This document shows positions 19,633 through 29,409 of a stretch of DNA of 64,000 nt, in pieces. A program made the position numbers and the translations under genes. The notes under the pieces were generated by a model. It made no database searches. It had not been told where the DNA came from and saw only the letters and a list, made by a program, of their open reading frames with translations. Numbering within the stretch: the stretch's first letter is position 1; the number at the start of each line of letters is the position of its first letter. Source of the DNA: Thermodesulfobacteriota bacterium (lineage in GTDB: Bacteria; Desulfobacterota; Desulfobacteria; Desulfobacterales; C00003060); contig JAXHVD010000001.1 in NCBI GenBank assembly GCA_034189385.1, forward strand, positions 256,001 to 320,000, read 5' to 3'.

Positions 19633-21333
19633 TTGCTTTGGAATTTTCTCCAGAAGAAAGCACCCATCTATCCCACGAAACCTGGCAAGATTATACTACA
19701 GACTACTATCAGAAAGCTGAATCGAAATAACGTCATTGGGCATTTCATTGTGTCTGTCGCTGCGGTATCCATTTTTGTCGCCAATATACCGCACTCTGGT
19801 TTGTGGTACCCAGACTCAGCGGGACACGCCCTGAATGGTGTCTTCTACAGGGACATGATTGAAGACGGCGGATTTCTCCACCCTCGGACCTATGCAGAAA
19901 GATATTACGTACAGTATCCGCACCTTACAGTCGCCGCATGGCCTCCGGTCTTTTACAGTATAGAGGCTCTGCTCTTTGGGCTGCTTGGAATATCTTCGGT
20001 CACCGCAAAGTTAGCGGTTTTGCTATTTAGTCTTCTGGGAATTAATATGTTTTTCTTGTTGTGCAGACTCTGGTTCCCCTTGGGTCTGTCAGTGATTGCT
20101 TCCATATTATGCCTTTTGCAGCCCGTCATGTTGTTTGGTCAGAAAAATGTGATGCTAGAAATGCCAGCCCTGGCGGTGAGCATAGCAGCTCTCTACTGCC
20201 TATATATCGGTACGGAAAGGAATAACTCCTGGGCGTTGTTCTTCACACCATTGTTTATGGCTTTGGCGTTTCTTACAAAACAAAGTGCCGTATTTCTGTT
20301 ACCTATGTGGCTATTATGGATGATACTGGGTAAGGAATGGCACACGATTTGGTCGCGGTCCTTTGTCTCAGGAGTTTTAGTTGGTGCCGTGGCCTTGATC
20401 CCGTGGATAATTATAAGCTTTACTTCAAGCCGGTTTTATGTGAGTTCAGCCGTCTTCAAAGCACGTCACATATGGCCCAACTTCCTTTCCTATATGAAGG
20501 ATTCTTCTGAGATCGTTTCAACTATGGTTATCCTTTTGTCGATTGCTTCTATTACCCTCTTCACTAAGCTCAGGTCCAGGCGTGGCTACACGTTTGCTCT
20601 TATGTGGGCGGGGACTGTGTCATTGTGCTTATTACTGTATGATAAACGGATTGTCTCACCGGAGCCTCGGCAAGCCATCTTCCTTGTGCCTGCACTGATA
20701 ATTTTGTGTATGGAAGCAATGTTGTTTTTCAAAAAGAACGCTGAATCTTTCCTTCGCGGCAGGCGAGCCTTTTCAATTGTGCTGATTATTCTAATCTGCT
20801 TGCACCTGAGTCCTGAGAAGTTGTGGGGCGGCCCGGACATTCAGGGGTTTGATAAGGCAGCAGACTTTGTAGTAAAAGATCTAGATTGCGTGTCCGTCCT
20901 TTACGACGGCTATTTCAGTGCTAATTTTGTTTTCCACATGCGGGCGCGAGATAAAGACAGACGTGTATTTGTTTTTCGGTCCAGCAAGGTAGTTTACTCT
21001 ACAAAGTGGCTCCTTCATTTTGATTACAACGAATTGATAACTGAGGAAAGTGAATTCTTTGAACTTCTTGATCGCTATTCGATTAAATATATTGTTCAAG
21101 AGGAAAAGGACTTCTTGGGAACTCCAGCAATTGAAAGGTTGCGTCAATGGGTGCAGAAGGAAGGATTCACAGTGGTTGAAGAGCATTCCATTGACTGTCG
21201 GGCTCTTAGTAGCTTTGGGAGTCTTGTGGTCTATGAGTATTTGGACTATGAAGCCAAGCCAATCAGACGAATAGATCTGGACATGCCAGTCCTCGGGCGT
21301 CAGCTGAGTGTGGAAGTTCAAAAAGGGATGTGA
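19633..21333 (+). CDS. ArnT/PMT-like GT-C membrane glycosyltransferase
   Basis: Polytopic membrane protein; YPD near the N-terminus, WPP, MLE and FLTKQ. Confidence 0.7.
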   Translation: MLWNFLQKKAPIYPTKPGKIILQTTIRKLNRNNVIGHFIVSVAAVSIFVANIPHSGLWYPDSAGHALNGVFYRDMIEDGGFLHPRTYAERYYVQYPHLTVAAWPPVFYSIEALLFGLLGISSVTAKLAVLLFSLLGINMFFLLCRLWFPLGLSVIASILCLLQPVMLFGQKNVMLEMPALAVSIAALYCLYIGTERNNSWALFFTPLFMALAFLTKQSAVFLLPMWLLWMILGKEWHTIWSRSFVSGVLVGAVALIPWIIISFTSSRFYVSSAVFKARHIWPNFLSYMKDSSEIVSTMVILLSIASITLFTKLRSRRGYTFALMWAGTVSLCLLLYDKRIVSPEPRQAIFLVPALIILCMEAMLFFKKNAESFLRGRRAFSIVLIILICLHLSPEKLWGGPDIQGFDKAADFVVKDLDCVSVLYDGYFSANFVFHMRARDKDRRVFVFRSSKVVYSTKWLLHFDYNELITEESEFFELLDRYSIKYIVQEEKDFLGTPAIERLRQWVQKEGFTVVEEHSIDCRALSSFGSLVVYEYLDYEAKPIRRIDLDMPVLGRQLSVEVQKGM

Positions 21334-21751
21334 GTTTTTACTATAGACGGGTTTATTTGGTGACATTTGATTCTGAGCATGTAGGGGGCAGATGGGAATG
21401 GGTCAAGTTGTGCCAAAACAAACGGGCCTTTGTACAACGCATTCTCACCCGGTTGTGTGGGCTTTTTGAGCTAGACACGGTCGCGACTTGTTGGCTAGAT
21501 CGCGAGAACTCTCCGCCTGATGCCGGTCACACAGTTCACGATTTGTCCACTTTCTTGGGCCGCTCACGGCAGCCGGAAGGGTACCCCCATAAGTTCAGCC
21601 CGTTGTTCGATGAATGGCGTCGTCTGTTGACAGAAGCATTGCATGGAGTCTAGGCGAAAATTAGTGCGCTTGAGAATTCACTGAAAAGGTAAATATCGGT
21701 TTGGAGGTATATCTTCGGGGAAAGGGATAACGGACAGCGGAGAACGGACAC

Positions 21752-22477
21752 ATGAGAGCAGTTATCTTGGCAGGAGGCAAGGGCCGACGCTTGCTTCCCT
21801 ATACGACGGTCATCCCAAAACCACTCATGCCGGTGGGGGGGCGGCCCATACTGGAGGTGATCATAAGGCAGCTGAAATCCAGTGGGTTTTCTCGTGTAAC
21901 CCTGGCTGTTGGCTACCTGGCAGAATTAATTGAGGCTTACTTTGGTGATGGGACCAAATACGGAATCCGAGTTGATTATTCCAGAGAAGATAAGCCCTTG
22001 GGCACGATTGGGTCGCTTTCCCTTATTGAGGGGCTCGACGAGACCTTTATGGTCATGAACGGCGATGTTCTCACCAACTTGGATTATGCAGATTTGGTGG
22101 GCTTTCATGATAAACACGGTGCAGTGGCCACTATTGCTACCTGTAATAGGGACGTGAACATCGATTTGGGGATTCTAGAATTGGACGGCGACCTCCAAAT
22201 AATGGACTATATAGAAAAGCCAACCTTCAAACACCATGTGAGCATGGGGGTTTATGCATTTGAGCCCGAAATACTCGACTTTATAGAGGCCGAAAAGTAT
22301 CTGGACTTCCCCGACCTTGTCCTTGCCCTTATAAAGGGCGGCAGGAGGGTGATGGCCTTTCCCTTTGATGGATATTGGTTAGATATTGGGCGACATGAGG
22401 ACTATGCCCAAGCCCTGGAAGAGTTTGAGACCCTCGAGGAATTTGAGACGCTTAAGGAGAAGCTTCACATTGAGTGA
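21752..22477 (+). CDS. sugar-phosphate nucleotidyltransferase
   Basis: ILAGGKGRRL.P.T..PKPL, PLGT, NGD, EKP and WLDIG. Confidence 0.93.
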   Translation: MRAVILAGGKGRRLLPYTTVIPKPLMPVGGRPILEVIIRQLKSSGFSRVTLAVGYLAELIEAYFGDGTKYGIRVDYSREDKPLGTIGSLSLIEGLDETFMVMNGDVLTNLDYADLVGFHDKHGAVATIATCNRDVNIDLGILELDGDLQIMDYIEKPTFKHHVSMGVYAFEPEILDFIEAEKYLDFPDLVLALIKGGRRVMAFPFDGYWLDIGRHEDYAQALEEFETLEEFETLKEKLHIE

Positions 22478-23828
22478 ATGGAAAGTGCCCCTCTTTGATT
22501 TAGATGTAGGAGACGAGGAGAAGGAAAGCGTAGAGGGGGTTTTGGATTCGAACTGGTTGACCATGGGCGAGGTAACCCGAGATTTTGAGTCTGCTTTTGC
22601 GGACTATGTTGGCATAAAACACACGCTGGCTGTCAGTTCAGGGACAGCTGCCATGCACCTTGCCCATATGGCCCTGGGGTTGGGGCATGGTGATGAGGTG
22701 ATTTGTCCTTCACTTACCTTTGTGGCTACTGCCAATGCGATACGATATACGGGAGCAACACCAGTGTTTGCGGACATACAGAGTCAAGACGACCTTAACA
22801 TATCTCCTGCGGATATCGAGTCAAAGATCACGGAGCAGACCAGGGCGATTGCCGTAGTCCACTACGCAGGCTTCCCATGCGATATGGACAGCATCATGGA
22901 AATAGCGCGGACGCACGACCTTTTTGTTATCGAAGATGCTGCTCATGCCGTTGGCGGGGAATACGTGAGCTCAAGGCTGAGGGCTGAAAGCTCAAAGCAG
23001 GAGAGTGAGGGCTCCAGGCTGAAAATGGGCTCAAAGCTCCCCGGTGAAATGGTCCCTAGTCGTCGGGAATTTCACGGGGCGGGGAACGCTGAAAGCTCAA
23101 AGCCAGAGGCCAGACAACGGAGAACGGACAACGGAGAACAGACAACAGGCAATAGGCAACAGAGACCGGATAACGGACGTAGTCGCAAGCTGGGTACTAT
23201 TGGTGACATTGGGTGCTTCAGCTTTTTTGGAAATAAGAACATGACCACGGCTGAGGGGGGCATGGTTGTCACGGATAGGGATGATTTGGCAGAGAGGATG
23301 AAAATCGCCCGGTCCCACGGCATGACAAGCCTGACCTGGGACAGGTACAAAGGCCATGAATTCAGCTATGACGTGGTCCAGATGGGCTTCAACTATCGAA
23401 TAGACGAACTGCGTTCCAGCCTGGGGATTGCCCAGTTGAAAAAACTGGACAAGAACAACAGGGCACGCAGGTCACTGTGGTCGCTTTACAAGGATAAGTT
23501 GGAGGGTATTGAGGAGATTAGGGTCCCCTTTGCTAAGTTTGATGGGATTTCATCCTGCCACATTTTTCCTGTTTTGCTGTCAGAAAACATCGAGAGAGAT
23601 AGCCTGATGGAATATCTGCGCGGCCAGGGCATCCAAACAAGTATCCACTATCCTCCTGTCCACCTGTTTTCCTACTATAAGAAACTGGGGCTATCAGAAC
23701 CTGATCTGCCTCTTACAGAATATGTGGGCAGAAGAGAGGTAACCTTACCCCTCTTTCCCACTATGGGGGCGGGGGATGTTGAATATGTTGTGAAGGCCAT
23801 ACAAGGATACCTGGCTAATCGATATTGA
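22470..23828 (+). CDS. DegT/DnrJ/EryC1/StrS aminotransferase with a ~69-aa in-frame repeat-derived insertion
   Basis: SSGTAA, TFVAT, EDAAHA, FSFFGNKN and EGG; TTG start overlaps the upstream gene. Confidence 0.9.
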   Translation: MSEWKVPLFDLDVGDEEKESVEGVLDSNWLTMGEVTRDFESAFADYVGIKHTLAVSSGTAAMHLAHMALGLGHGDEVICPSLTFVATANAIRYTGATPVFADIQSQDDLNISPADIESKITEQTRAIAVVHYAGFPCDMDSIMEIARTHDLFVIEDAAHAVGGEYVSSRLRAESSKQESEGSRLKMGSKLPGEMVPSRREFHGAGNAESSKPEARQRRTDNGEQTTGNRQQRPDNGRSRKLGTIGDIGCFSFFGNKNMTTAEGGMVVTDRDDLAERMKIARSHGMTSLTWDRYKGHEFSYDVVQMGFNYRIDELRSSLGIAQLKKLDKNNRARRSLWSLYKDKLEGIEEIRVPFAKFDGISSCHIFPVLLSENIERDSLMEYLRGQGIQTSIHYPPVHLFSYYKKLGLSEPDLPLTEYVGRREVTLPLFPTMGAGDVEYVVKAIQGYLANRY

Positions 23829-23987
23829 TGATTTTCCCTTTGCCGTTGCTCCCTGTTAAATAGACCGTGCATGTATCGGGATAGGAAAGCAGCAGATGAA
23901 AATGAGATCTCTCTGCACTCTAAGGTTTCAGCGAAGTGGGCGGCGAAAAAGTCTATGAAATTATAAGATTAGATCCAACCGGACAGA

Positions 23988-24003
23988 TGGCATTTTTTAT
24001 GCA
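23988..24003 (+). promoter_or_regulatory. candidate sigma-54 promoter for wza-wzc
   Basis: TGGCATTTTTTATGCA has GG-N10-GC spacing. Confidence 0.5.
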
Positions 24004-24227
24004 TGTTGTTTTTTGCGGAGCCTGCACCATTGCCGAGAGGCCGATAAAGCACGCACACTCAAGAGGTATTGCCCTGTCATACTAAACATGATATAATTAG
24101 ATAAAATTAATAGTCCATAGGTCAAACGATGTATTCTTTCAGTATGTTATAGCTAGTTTTAGGTATCTCAAGGCTCTTGCTTAGAATTCTTGATAGTATG
24201 ATTCACCAGAAAAGGCACGGAGGGCCC

Positions 24228-24956
24228 ATGACTGGCAGGCTCTTGAAGGTATCCGCTGTATTTATTCTCCTCATCATGCTTGTTGCGTGCTCCACTACAG
24301 AGTCTCTGGGTCCGCAAGGAATGGAAGGGGCCATGATGGCAGAGCCGCTTGGAGACTACCACCTCCGGCCTGGAGATGAAATCCAAATAAGATTTTTTTA
24401 CAATCCGGACTTAAACGAAACACTGATGGTCGGTCCTGATGGAAAGATATGCTTGCCGCTCCTTGATGAGATTCTTGTGGCAGGCTTGACGAGTTCTCAA
24501 GTGGATGACGTTCTTACAAAAGCCTATCTTAAGCACCTGGCAAATGTGAGTATCAATGTGACAGTGAGAGAGTACTCTGGACTGAAGGTGTACGTGGGAG
24601 GTGAAGTGGCCAGACCGGGTTTTTATTCCCTCAAAGGCAACATGTCCGTCCTGGAGGCGATCTTGGCCGCGAATGGGTTTAAGGAGACAGCGAAGCCTGA
24701 GAGTGTGGTCCTTGTGCGAAAAGGACCCGGAAATAGGCCTGTGGCCATGGCTGTGGACCTGAGGCCTGTCCTGTCTGGTGAGCAACTGGAGAACGACATC
24801 TATGTGATGCCATCGGATATTGTCTATGTGCCTAAGACCTTTGTCGCCAAGGCAGGCAAGTTTGTGGACCAGTATCTGAGAAGAGTGTTGTTTCTGGATG
24901 CCATCATGCAGGGCGCAGGCTGGGCACTTGGAGACGAGTGGGTAAGAAGCAACTGA
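24228..24956 (+). CDS. wza: polysaccharide export lipoprotein (Wza/OPX family)
   Basis: LVAC lipobox; YHLRPGD, VGPDGKI.LP, VGGEV..PG and DIVYVP. Confidence 0.88.
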   Translation: MTGRLLKVSAVFILLIMLVACSTTESLGPQGMEGAMMAEPLGDYHLRPGDEIQIRFFYNPDLNETLMVGPDGKICLPLLDEILVAGLTSSQVDDVLTKAYLKHLANVSINVTVREYSGLKVYVGGEVARPGFYSLKGNMSVLEAILAANGFKETAKPESVVLVRKGPGNRPVAMAVDLRPVLSGEQLENDIYVMPSDIVYVPKTFVAKAGKFVDQYLRRVLFLDAIMQGAGWALGDEWVRSN

Positions 24957-24972
24957 TGAAGGGTTTCGAATA

Positions 24973-27228
24973 ATGGATTCGGCATACAGACAAGAGAAAA
25001 GGAGGTCTCGCCGTGATGTGGCAGGCGTTCTTTTTCGGAGGAAATGGGCCATCCTAGCGGTTTTTCTGTCCACTGTTATACCAGTCACGGTGTACACTCT
25101 TTTGCAGGCCCCTATTTACCAAGCGGAGTCACGTATTTTGGTAAAGCCCGGCAGAGAGAACATTTATGTTTCACCTGTGGGAGCACCAGAGGGGGCTCAT
25201 CCACCCACGATCGTTCAGCGGGTAGCTGAGGTTATTAATTCAGAGATCGAGATTATCAGAAGCAGGGTTCTCATCCGCAGGGTTTTGGAAGAGGTAGAAA
25301 TTGCCAAGGCCTTCCCTCCTCGAGGGTCGAAAAACTCTGGGGTATCCCACGTCAGTGAATCGCTTCCCGGGAAGGTCTTAAAGAAAGTAGGCCTGGCAGG
25401 GGTTTTCCCTCCTGCCCTTTTGGAAGATTCCGTGGCAGCCCAGGAGGTTGAAGCGCCCCCTTTAGCCGTTGCCGTGCGCAGGGTGTTAGCCAACCTATCG
25501 GTGGAACGACTCAAGGGTACAGATGTTATCAGGGTTGGGTTCAAATCTCCTGACCCCGATATTCCAGCTCGGTTTCTCAATGTCCTTGTGGAACGTTATC
25601 TTGAGCGCCACCTTGAGGTGCACCAAAGCAAGAAATCAGCTGATTTCTTTAAGGCTCAATCAAGGAATCTGGCCCAGAAATTGAGGACCGCCACAAGCGA
25701 GCTGGCAGAATTCAACAAGAAATACGGTATCGTCAATTTTGAACAGAAGAAGGAACTCATCCTTAAGAAATACACCGAGATAGAAGCGGCAATCAAAGAC
25801 AATGAGGCCGAAATCCTGGGTAGCCGACGGAGGATAGAGACCTTGAGGGCAAAGCTTGCAAGAACGCCGGAACACGAGTATGCAGGCCAGCACGAGACGC
25901 CCGATTCTGCTGTCATCAATGATTTGAAGAAAAAACTCGCTGACTTGGAGTTGGAAAAGCTGCGGCTCATGCACAAATACAAGCCGGAGAATCCCAAGAT
26001 CACAAACGTGAATGAGTTGATGGCGAGGGCCAAGGAGATGTTAGAGGTCGAACAGGAGAAATTCCATGGCTCGGTCTCTACCGAAGTGAATGCGAACCAT
26101 CAAAAACTGGAATTTGAGCTGATGATGGAGGAAGTCCGCTTGGAGGCCCTTGAGAGCCAGCAATCGGAGCTGGGGACGCAGTTGATAGAATATGGGCGCA
26201 AGGTTGAGAGGCTGGGCTTGCTGGAGCCGGAACTGAGGGCTCGTGAGAGGACTGTCACGGCCCACGAACAGACTTACAGGCTCTATCTTACGAAGTTTGA
26301 AGAGAGCAGGGTATCCGATGCCATGGATGCCGCCAAGATGGTCAGTGTGACCGTTGTTGAACCAGCCCGGCCTCCTCTTGGCCCCCTTCCGGCTCACAAG
26401 GCATTGAACATTTTTGTGAGCATCTGCCTCGGGGGGCTGGCGGCTTTAGGCCTGGCTTTCTTGGTGGAATACTTTGACCAGAGCTTCAAGGTCCCAGAAG
26501 ATATTAGAGATGATCTTGGGTTGCCCGTACTCGGAGCTGTGAGGGATCTGCGACGCAAGGAAATGGAAGACGTGGAAGCCCTTGGTTATAGTTCCACGTC
26601 TCCCATTCACTATCAGACGATCAAGAGCGGCGTGGTGATGGGTGCTGAGGAAAAAGGGCTTAAACTATTGTGCATTTGCAGCCCTACGCCGCATGAAGGT
26701 TGTTCCACAATTGCCATCAATATTGCCGCATCCCTGGCAAAAGACAGGCGATGTCGAGTGGTCCTAGTGGATGCAAACTTTCGGAACCCTACGTTGCACG
26801 CCAGTTTCAACCTTCCAAACAAGACCGGATTCTCGGATATTGTCCAGGAGGGTACAGATGTTCGAGAGGCGGTCAATGAATCAGCCATTCCCGGTCTCTT
26901 TGTTATCACCAGCGGTGTCAGTATGAAGAACCCGATGGCTGTTCTTGAATCAGATAGAATGGAAGAGGTCATAAAGCTTCTAAAAGAAGAATTTGAATGG
27001 GTACTCTTTGATTGTGCGCCTACAAAGTATTTCCCTGACTCCTCTGTTCTGGCACGCCGGCTGGCCGGTGAGATGGGCGTTGTCTTGGTTGTTCGGGCAG
27101 AACACAAGCACGCGGACATAGCTGTCCAGGCCAAAGAAAGCATGGAGGAAGCAGGTGGAAAGGTTCTTGGCGCAGTGCTTAACCGACAGAGATATGTCAT
27201 TCCTGAAACAGTTTACAGAAGACTGTGA
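24973..27228 (+). CDS. wzc: polysaccharide co-polymerase with BY-kinase-like domain (Wzc/GumC family)
   Basis: Two TM segments flanking a coiled coil; C-terminal P-loop domain with degenerate Walker A (EGCST) and GAVLN. Confidence 0.85.
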   Translation: MDSAYRQEKRRSRRDVAGVLFRRKWAILAVFLSTVIPVTVYTLLQAPIYQAESRILVKPGRENIYVSPVGAPEGAHPPTIVQRVAEVINSEIEIIRSRVLIRRVLEEVEIAKAFPPRGSKNSGVSHVSESLPGKVLKKVGLAGVFPPALLEDSVAAQEVEAPPLAVAVRRVLANLSVERLKGTDVIRVGFKSPDPDIPARFLNVLVERYLERHLEVHQSKKSADFFKAQSRNLAQKLRTATSELAEFNKKYGIVNFEQKKELILKKYTEIEAAIKDNEAEILGSRRRIETLRAKLARTPEHEYAGQHETPDSAVINDLKKKLADLELEKLRLMHKYKPENPKITNVNELMARAKEMLEVEQEKFHGSVSTEVNANHQKLEFELMMEEVRLEALESQQSELGTQLIEYGRKVERLGLLEPELRARERTVTAHEQTYRLYLTKFEESRVSDAMDAAKMVSVTVVEPARPPLGPLPAHKALNIFVSICLGGLAALGLAFLVEYFDQSFKVPEDIRDDLGLPVLGAVRDLRRKEMEDVEALGYSSTSPIHYQTIKSGVVMGAEEKGLKLLCICSPTPHEGCSTIAINIAASLAKDRRCRVVLVDANFRNPTLHASFNLPNKTGFSDIVQEGTDVREAVNESAIPGLFVITSGVSMKNPMAVLESDRMEEVIKLLKEEFEWVLFDCAPTKYFPDSSVLARRLAGEMGVVLVVRAEHKHADIAVQAKESMEEAGGKVLGAVLNRQRYVIPETVYRRL

Positions 27229-27456
27229 TAGGGCCTTCCCTGCCCCCTTGCACAACCCCTTTTCACTCAGTTCTGTGAGCTTCTTAGTCCGCTAGACCGG
27301 TCACAGCAACCAGACTGTTGGTCAAAAAGGGCTGCAATGAAGGTTGGAATGAGTGATTCAAAGCCCTTCCGGCCTGAGACTATCAATGTGATAGGGTGTG
27401 CATCTTATTTATCTGCTATGCACTGTCCCTCTGGACGGGCATGGAAGTTTTTCTGA

Positions 27457-27597
27457 GAGACCTTTGCACAACCTCTTCTTACTGGGTTTTGTAGACTTTT
27501 TGATGCGCCACGGCGGACCGCTCATCCCGACGGAGTCGGGAACGGGTACCCCAAAAAGACCCACAATGAACGTTCGAAAGAGTTATGGAAAGGCCCC
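27457..27597 (+). mobile_element. MITE-like repeat family B
   Basis: GAGACCTTTGCACAAC...GTTATGGAAAGGCCCC; shared core sequence. Confidence 0.75.
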
Positions 27598-27659
27598 TTG
27601 ATTCATTCTGCCCAAAATAGTGGCATATTGTATGAAAAAAAATAGCCACAAGTGGAATT

Positions 27660-27826
27660 TGCTATTGTAATGTGTTATGGTTGTCTCCGATCTGTGACCC
27701 CCAACACGGATACGTTACATCTACTCCCACTCCGCAATCATCTCTGCCCGTTGGGTGGCGAGCTCCCGGATAGTGATAGCGACAATAATGCCCCAACGGC
27801 TTGACCTGGCACGTTTTTCCCCTTAA
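27660..27826 (+). promoter_or_regulatory. putative structured leader with UGA-containing uORF (27677-27826)
   Basis: Extended -10 TGCTATTGT; ATG at 27677, TGA at codon 7, frame open to TAA 27824-27826; CCGTTGGG can pair with either of two partners. Confidence 0.4.
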
Positions 27827-27914
27827 CAAGAGGAAGTCCAGTGAGAGCGGCAGCGCTGGGTTCGGTTCAGGCAAGCTGGTGGTTATGGAGAATATAGAGA
27901 AAAGGAGTGTTCAT

Positions 27915-28523
27915 GTGAAAAGAAAATCATTTGCGGTAATCTTGAGTCTTATGTTCTGCCTTCTTCTGGCCAATCCTCTGCAAAGTTGTGTGGGACGGCT
28001 TCTCGTTGTTGCGATCAACAACTCCACAGATCAAGTTATCATGGGGCAAATGTTGTCTATCCTGATCAATGAGAGAACAGGGACCACCGTTGACATTATA
28101 CAAGCGGGTGACGTGAAGACGTGCCATGAGGCGGTACTCAAGGGAGAGGCTGACATTTATGTCAATTACATAGGAGATGGACTGGCTTTGACTGGGGGGG
28201 GCGGAGGAGATGACCCTCAAAAGGTCTACACATTGGTCAGCCAGTCCTTTATGGAGAGGTTCGGAATGGTCTGGCTAAAGCCCTTTGGTTTCAAGGGCCC
28301 GTTGACCATAAAGGGCGATTCTAACAAGAAAGGGAGTGGCAGCTTAGCTGCACCAGTCACGACCAAGGATGTATTGAGAAAGTTCCCTGTTCTGGACAGG
28401 CTGATAAACAAACTGGGAGGTAGGGTGGACAACAGTATCATGGAAGAACTGAAGAGAAAGGCAGAAGGCCAAGAAGTCAAAGAGGTCGTGAGGGAGTTTC
28501 TGAAGGCCCACAAGCTGATCTAG
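27915..28523 (+). CDS. OpuAC/glycine-betaine-like substrate-binding protein
   Basis: AAGGAG RBS plus GTG start; signal peptide then CVG; GEADIYVNY.G and WLKPFGF motifs. Confidence 0.65.
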   Translation: MKRKSFAVILSLMFCLLLANPLQSCVGRLLVVAINNSTDQVIMGQMLSILINERTGTTVDIIQAGDVKTCHEAVLKGEADIYVNYIGDGLALTGGGGGDDPQKVYTLVSQSFMERFGMVWLKPFGFKGPLTIKGDSNKKGSGSLAAPVTTKDVLRKFPVLDRLINKLGGRVDNSIMEELKRKAEGQEVKEVVREFLKAHKLI

Positions 28524-28539
28524 GGATGATCAAGGCCGG

Positions 28540-28709
28540 TGGCGATCTGCAACAGGTCGGGCGGCCTTATTCGCCAAATCGCGAAAACTCTCCGCCTGAG
28601 GCGGATCAAAAGTTCACGATTTACCCACTATCGTGGGCCGCTCACAGCAGCCGAATGGGTGCCCCAAATAGCTCACAATGACCGTTCGGAAGAGTTATGC
28701 AAAGCTCTC
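28540..28709 (+). mobile_element. MITE-like repeat family B (left end degenerate)
   Basis: CTCCGCCTGAGGCGGATCAAA core and right end GTTATGCAAAGCTCTC. Confidence 0.65.
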
Positions 28710-28854
28710 ACCTTGTGTACTGGCTTCACGTATGTTATCTAGCGGGGCTCCACCCTTCAGACAGCAGGTGCAGTCTTTTCGTGAAGGGTCTGGGTCATGA
28801 GCAGAAGTGATGAATCTGAAATAAGCAGATGGAAAAGGGAGGAACCGCCATAAT

Positions 28855-29349
28855 ATGAATAAGTCATTCCTTGCGATTGTCTTGTGCCTGGTTTGGACGG
28901 GATCTGCCTGGAGCCACGGGGACATTTCGAAACTCCCTAGTTCAGTGCAGATTATGCAATATAGACTGGGCCTGTACATGAACCCGGACGATTTAGCTAT
29001 CCGCAATAAACTGGCCATGGCCCTTTACCGAACGAACCAGTTAAGGGAGGCGGAACAGGAACTAAAGCATATACTTGAAACGGATCCCGTGAATTTTGAC
29101 GCCCTTGACGGATTGGGGATTGTGCTTATTAAGATAGGTAGGGACGATGAGGCCCTGGAGCAATTGAAGAAGGCCGTGAAGATCAATGAACAGGATGTGA
29201 TGGTCCATGTCCATCTGTCCGTTGTCTATGACAAGATGAAACTGGTGAATCACGCCCAGAGTGAGCTGGAAAAAGCGAGGTCCCTTACAACGGCTCCGGC
29301 CGAGCTTGAGAACATAGAGAAAGAACGAACGCTGGTGAAAGGTCCTTAG
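28855..29349 (+). CDS. secreted tetratricopeptide-repeat protein
   Basis: Signal peptide (AWS-HG); TPR-like helical repeats. Confidence 0.8.
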   Translation: MNKSFLAIVLCLVWTGSAWSHGDISKLPSSVQIMQYRLGLYMNPDDLAIRNKLAMALYRTNQLREAEQELKHILETDPVNFDALDGLGIVLIKIGRDDEALEQLKKAVKINEQDVMVHVHLSVVYDKMKLVNHAQSELEKARSLTTAPAELENIEKERTLVKGP

Positions 29350-29409
29350 TGCGAAGTACTGGTTACGTAGTTTCAATCGGTGACAAGACTTTTAGAGGTT
29401 AAGAATTTT

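Noticed and set aside
21330..21653. 107-aa ORF after the GT-C gene
   Set aside because: No motif or convincing RBS; cannot be supported as coding
23921..23970. Repeat-like intergenic sequence
   Set aside because: Single copy in this window; cannot be supported
27620..27634. TGGCA sigma-54-like sites here, at 27807 and at 60876
   Set aside because: They lack the -12 GC at the correct spacing
27830..27870. GAGGAAGTCC resembling RNase P RNA
   Set aside because: The remaining conserved RNase P elements are absent
27662..27874. Cys/His-rich 70-aa minus-strand ORF as a small cytochrome or RiPP
   Set aside because: No CxxCH or signal peptide; overlaps the putative + strand leader
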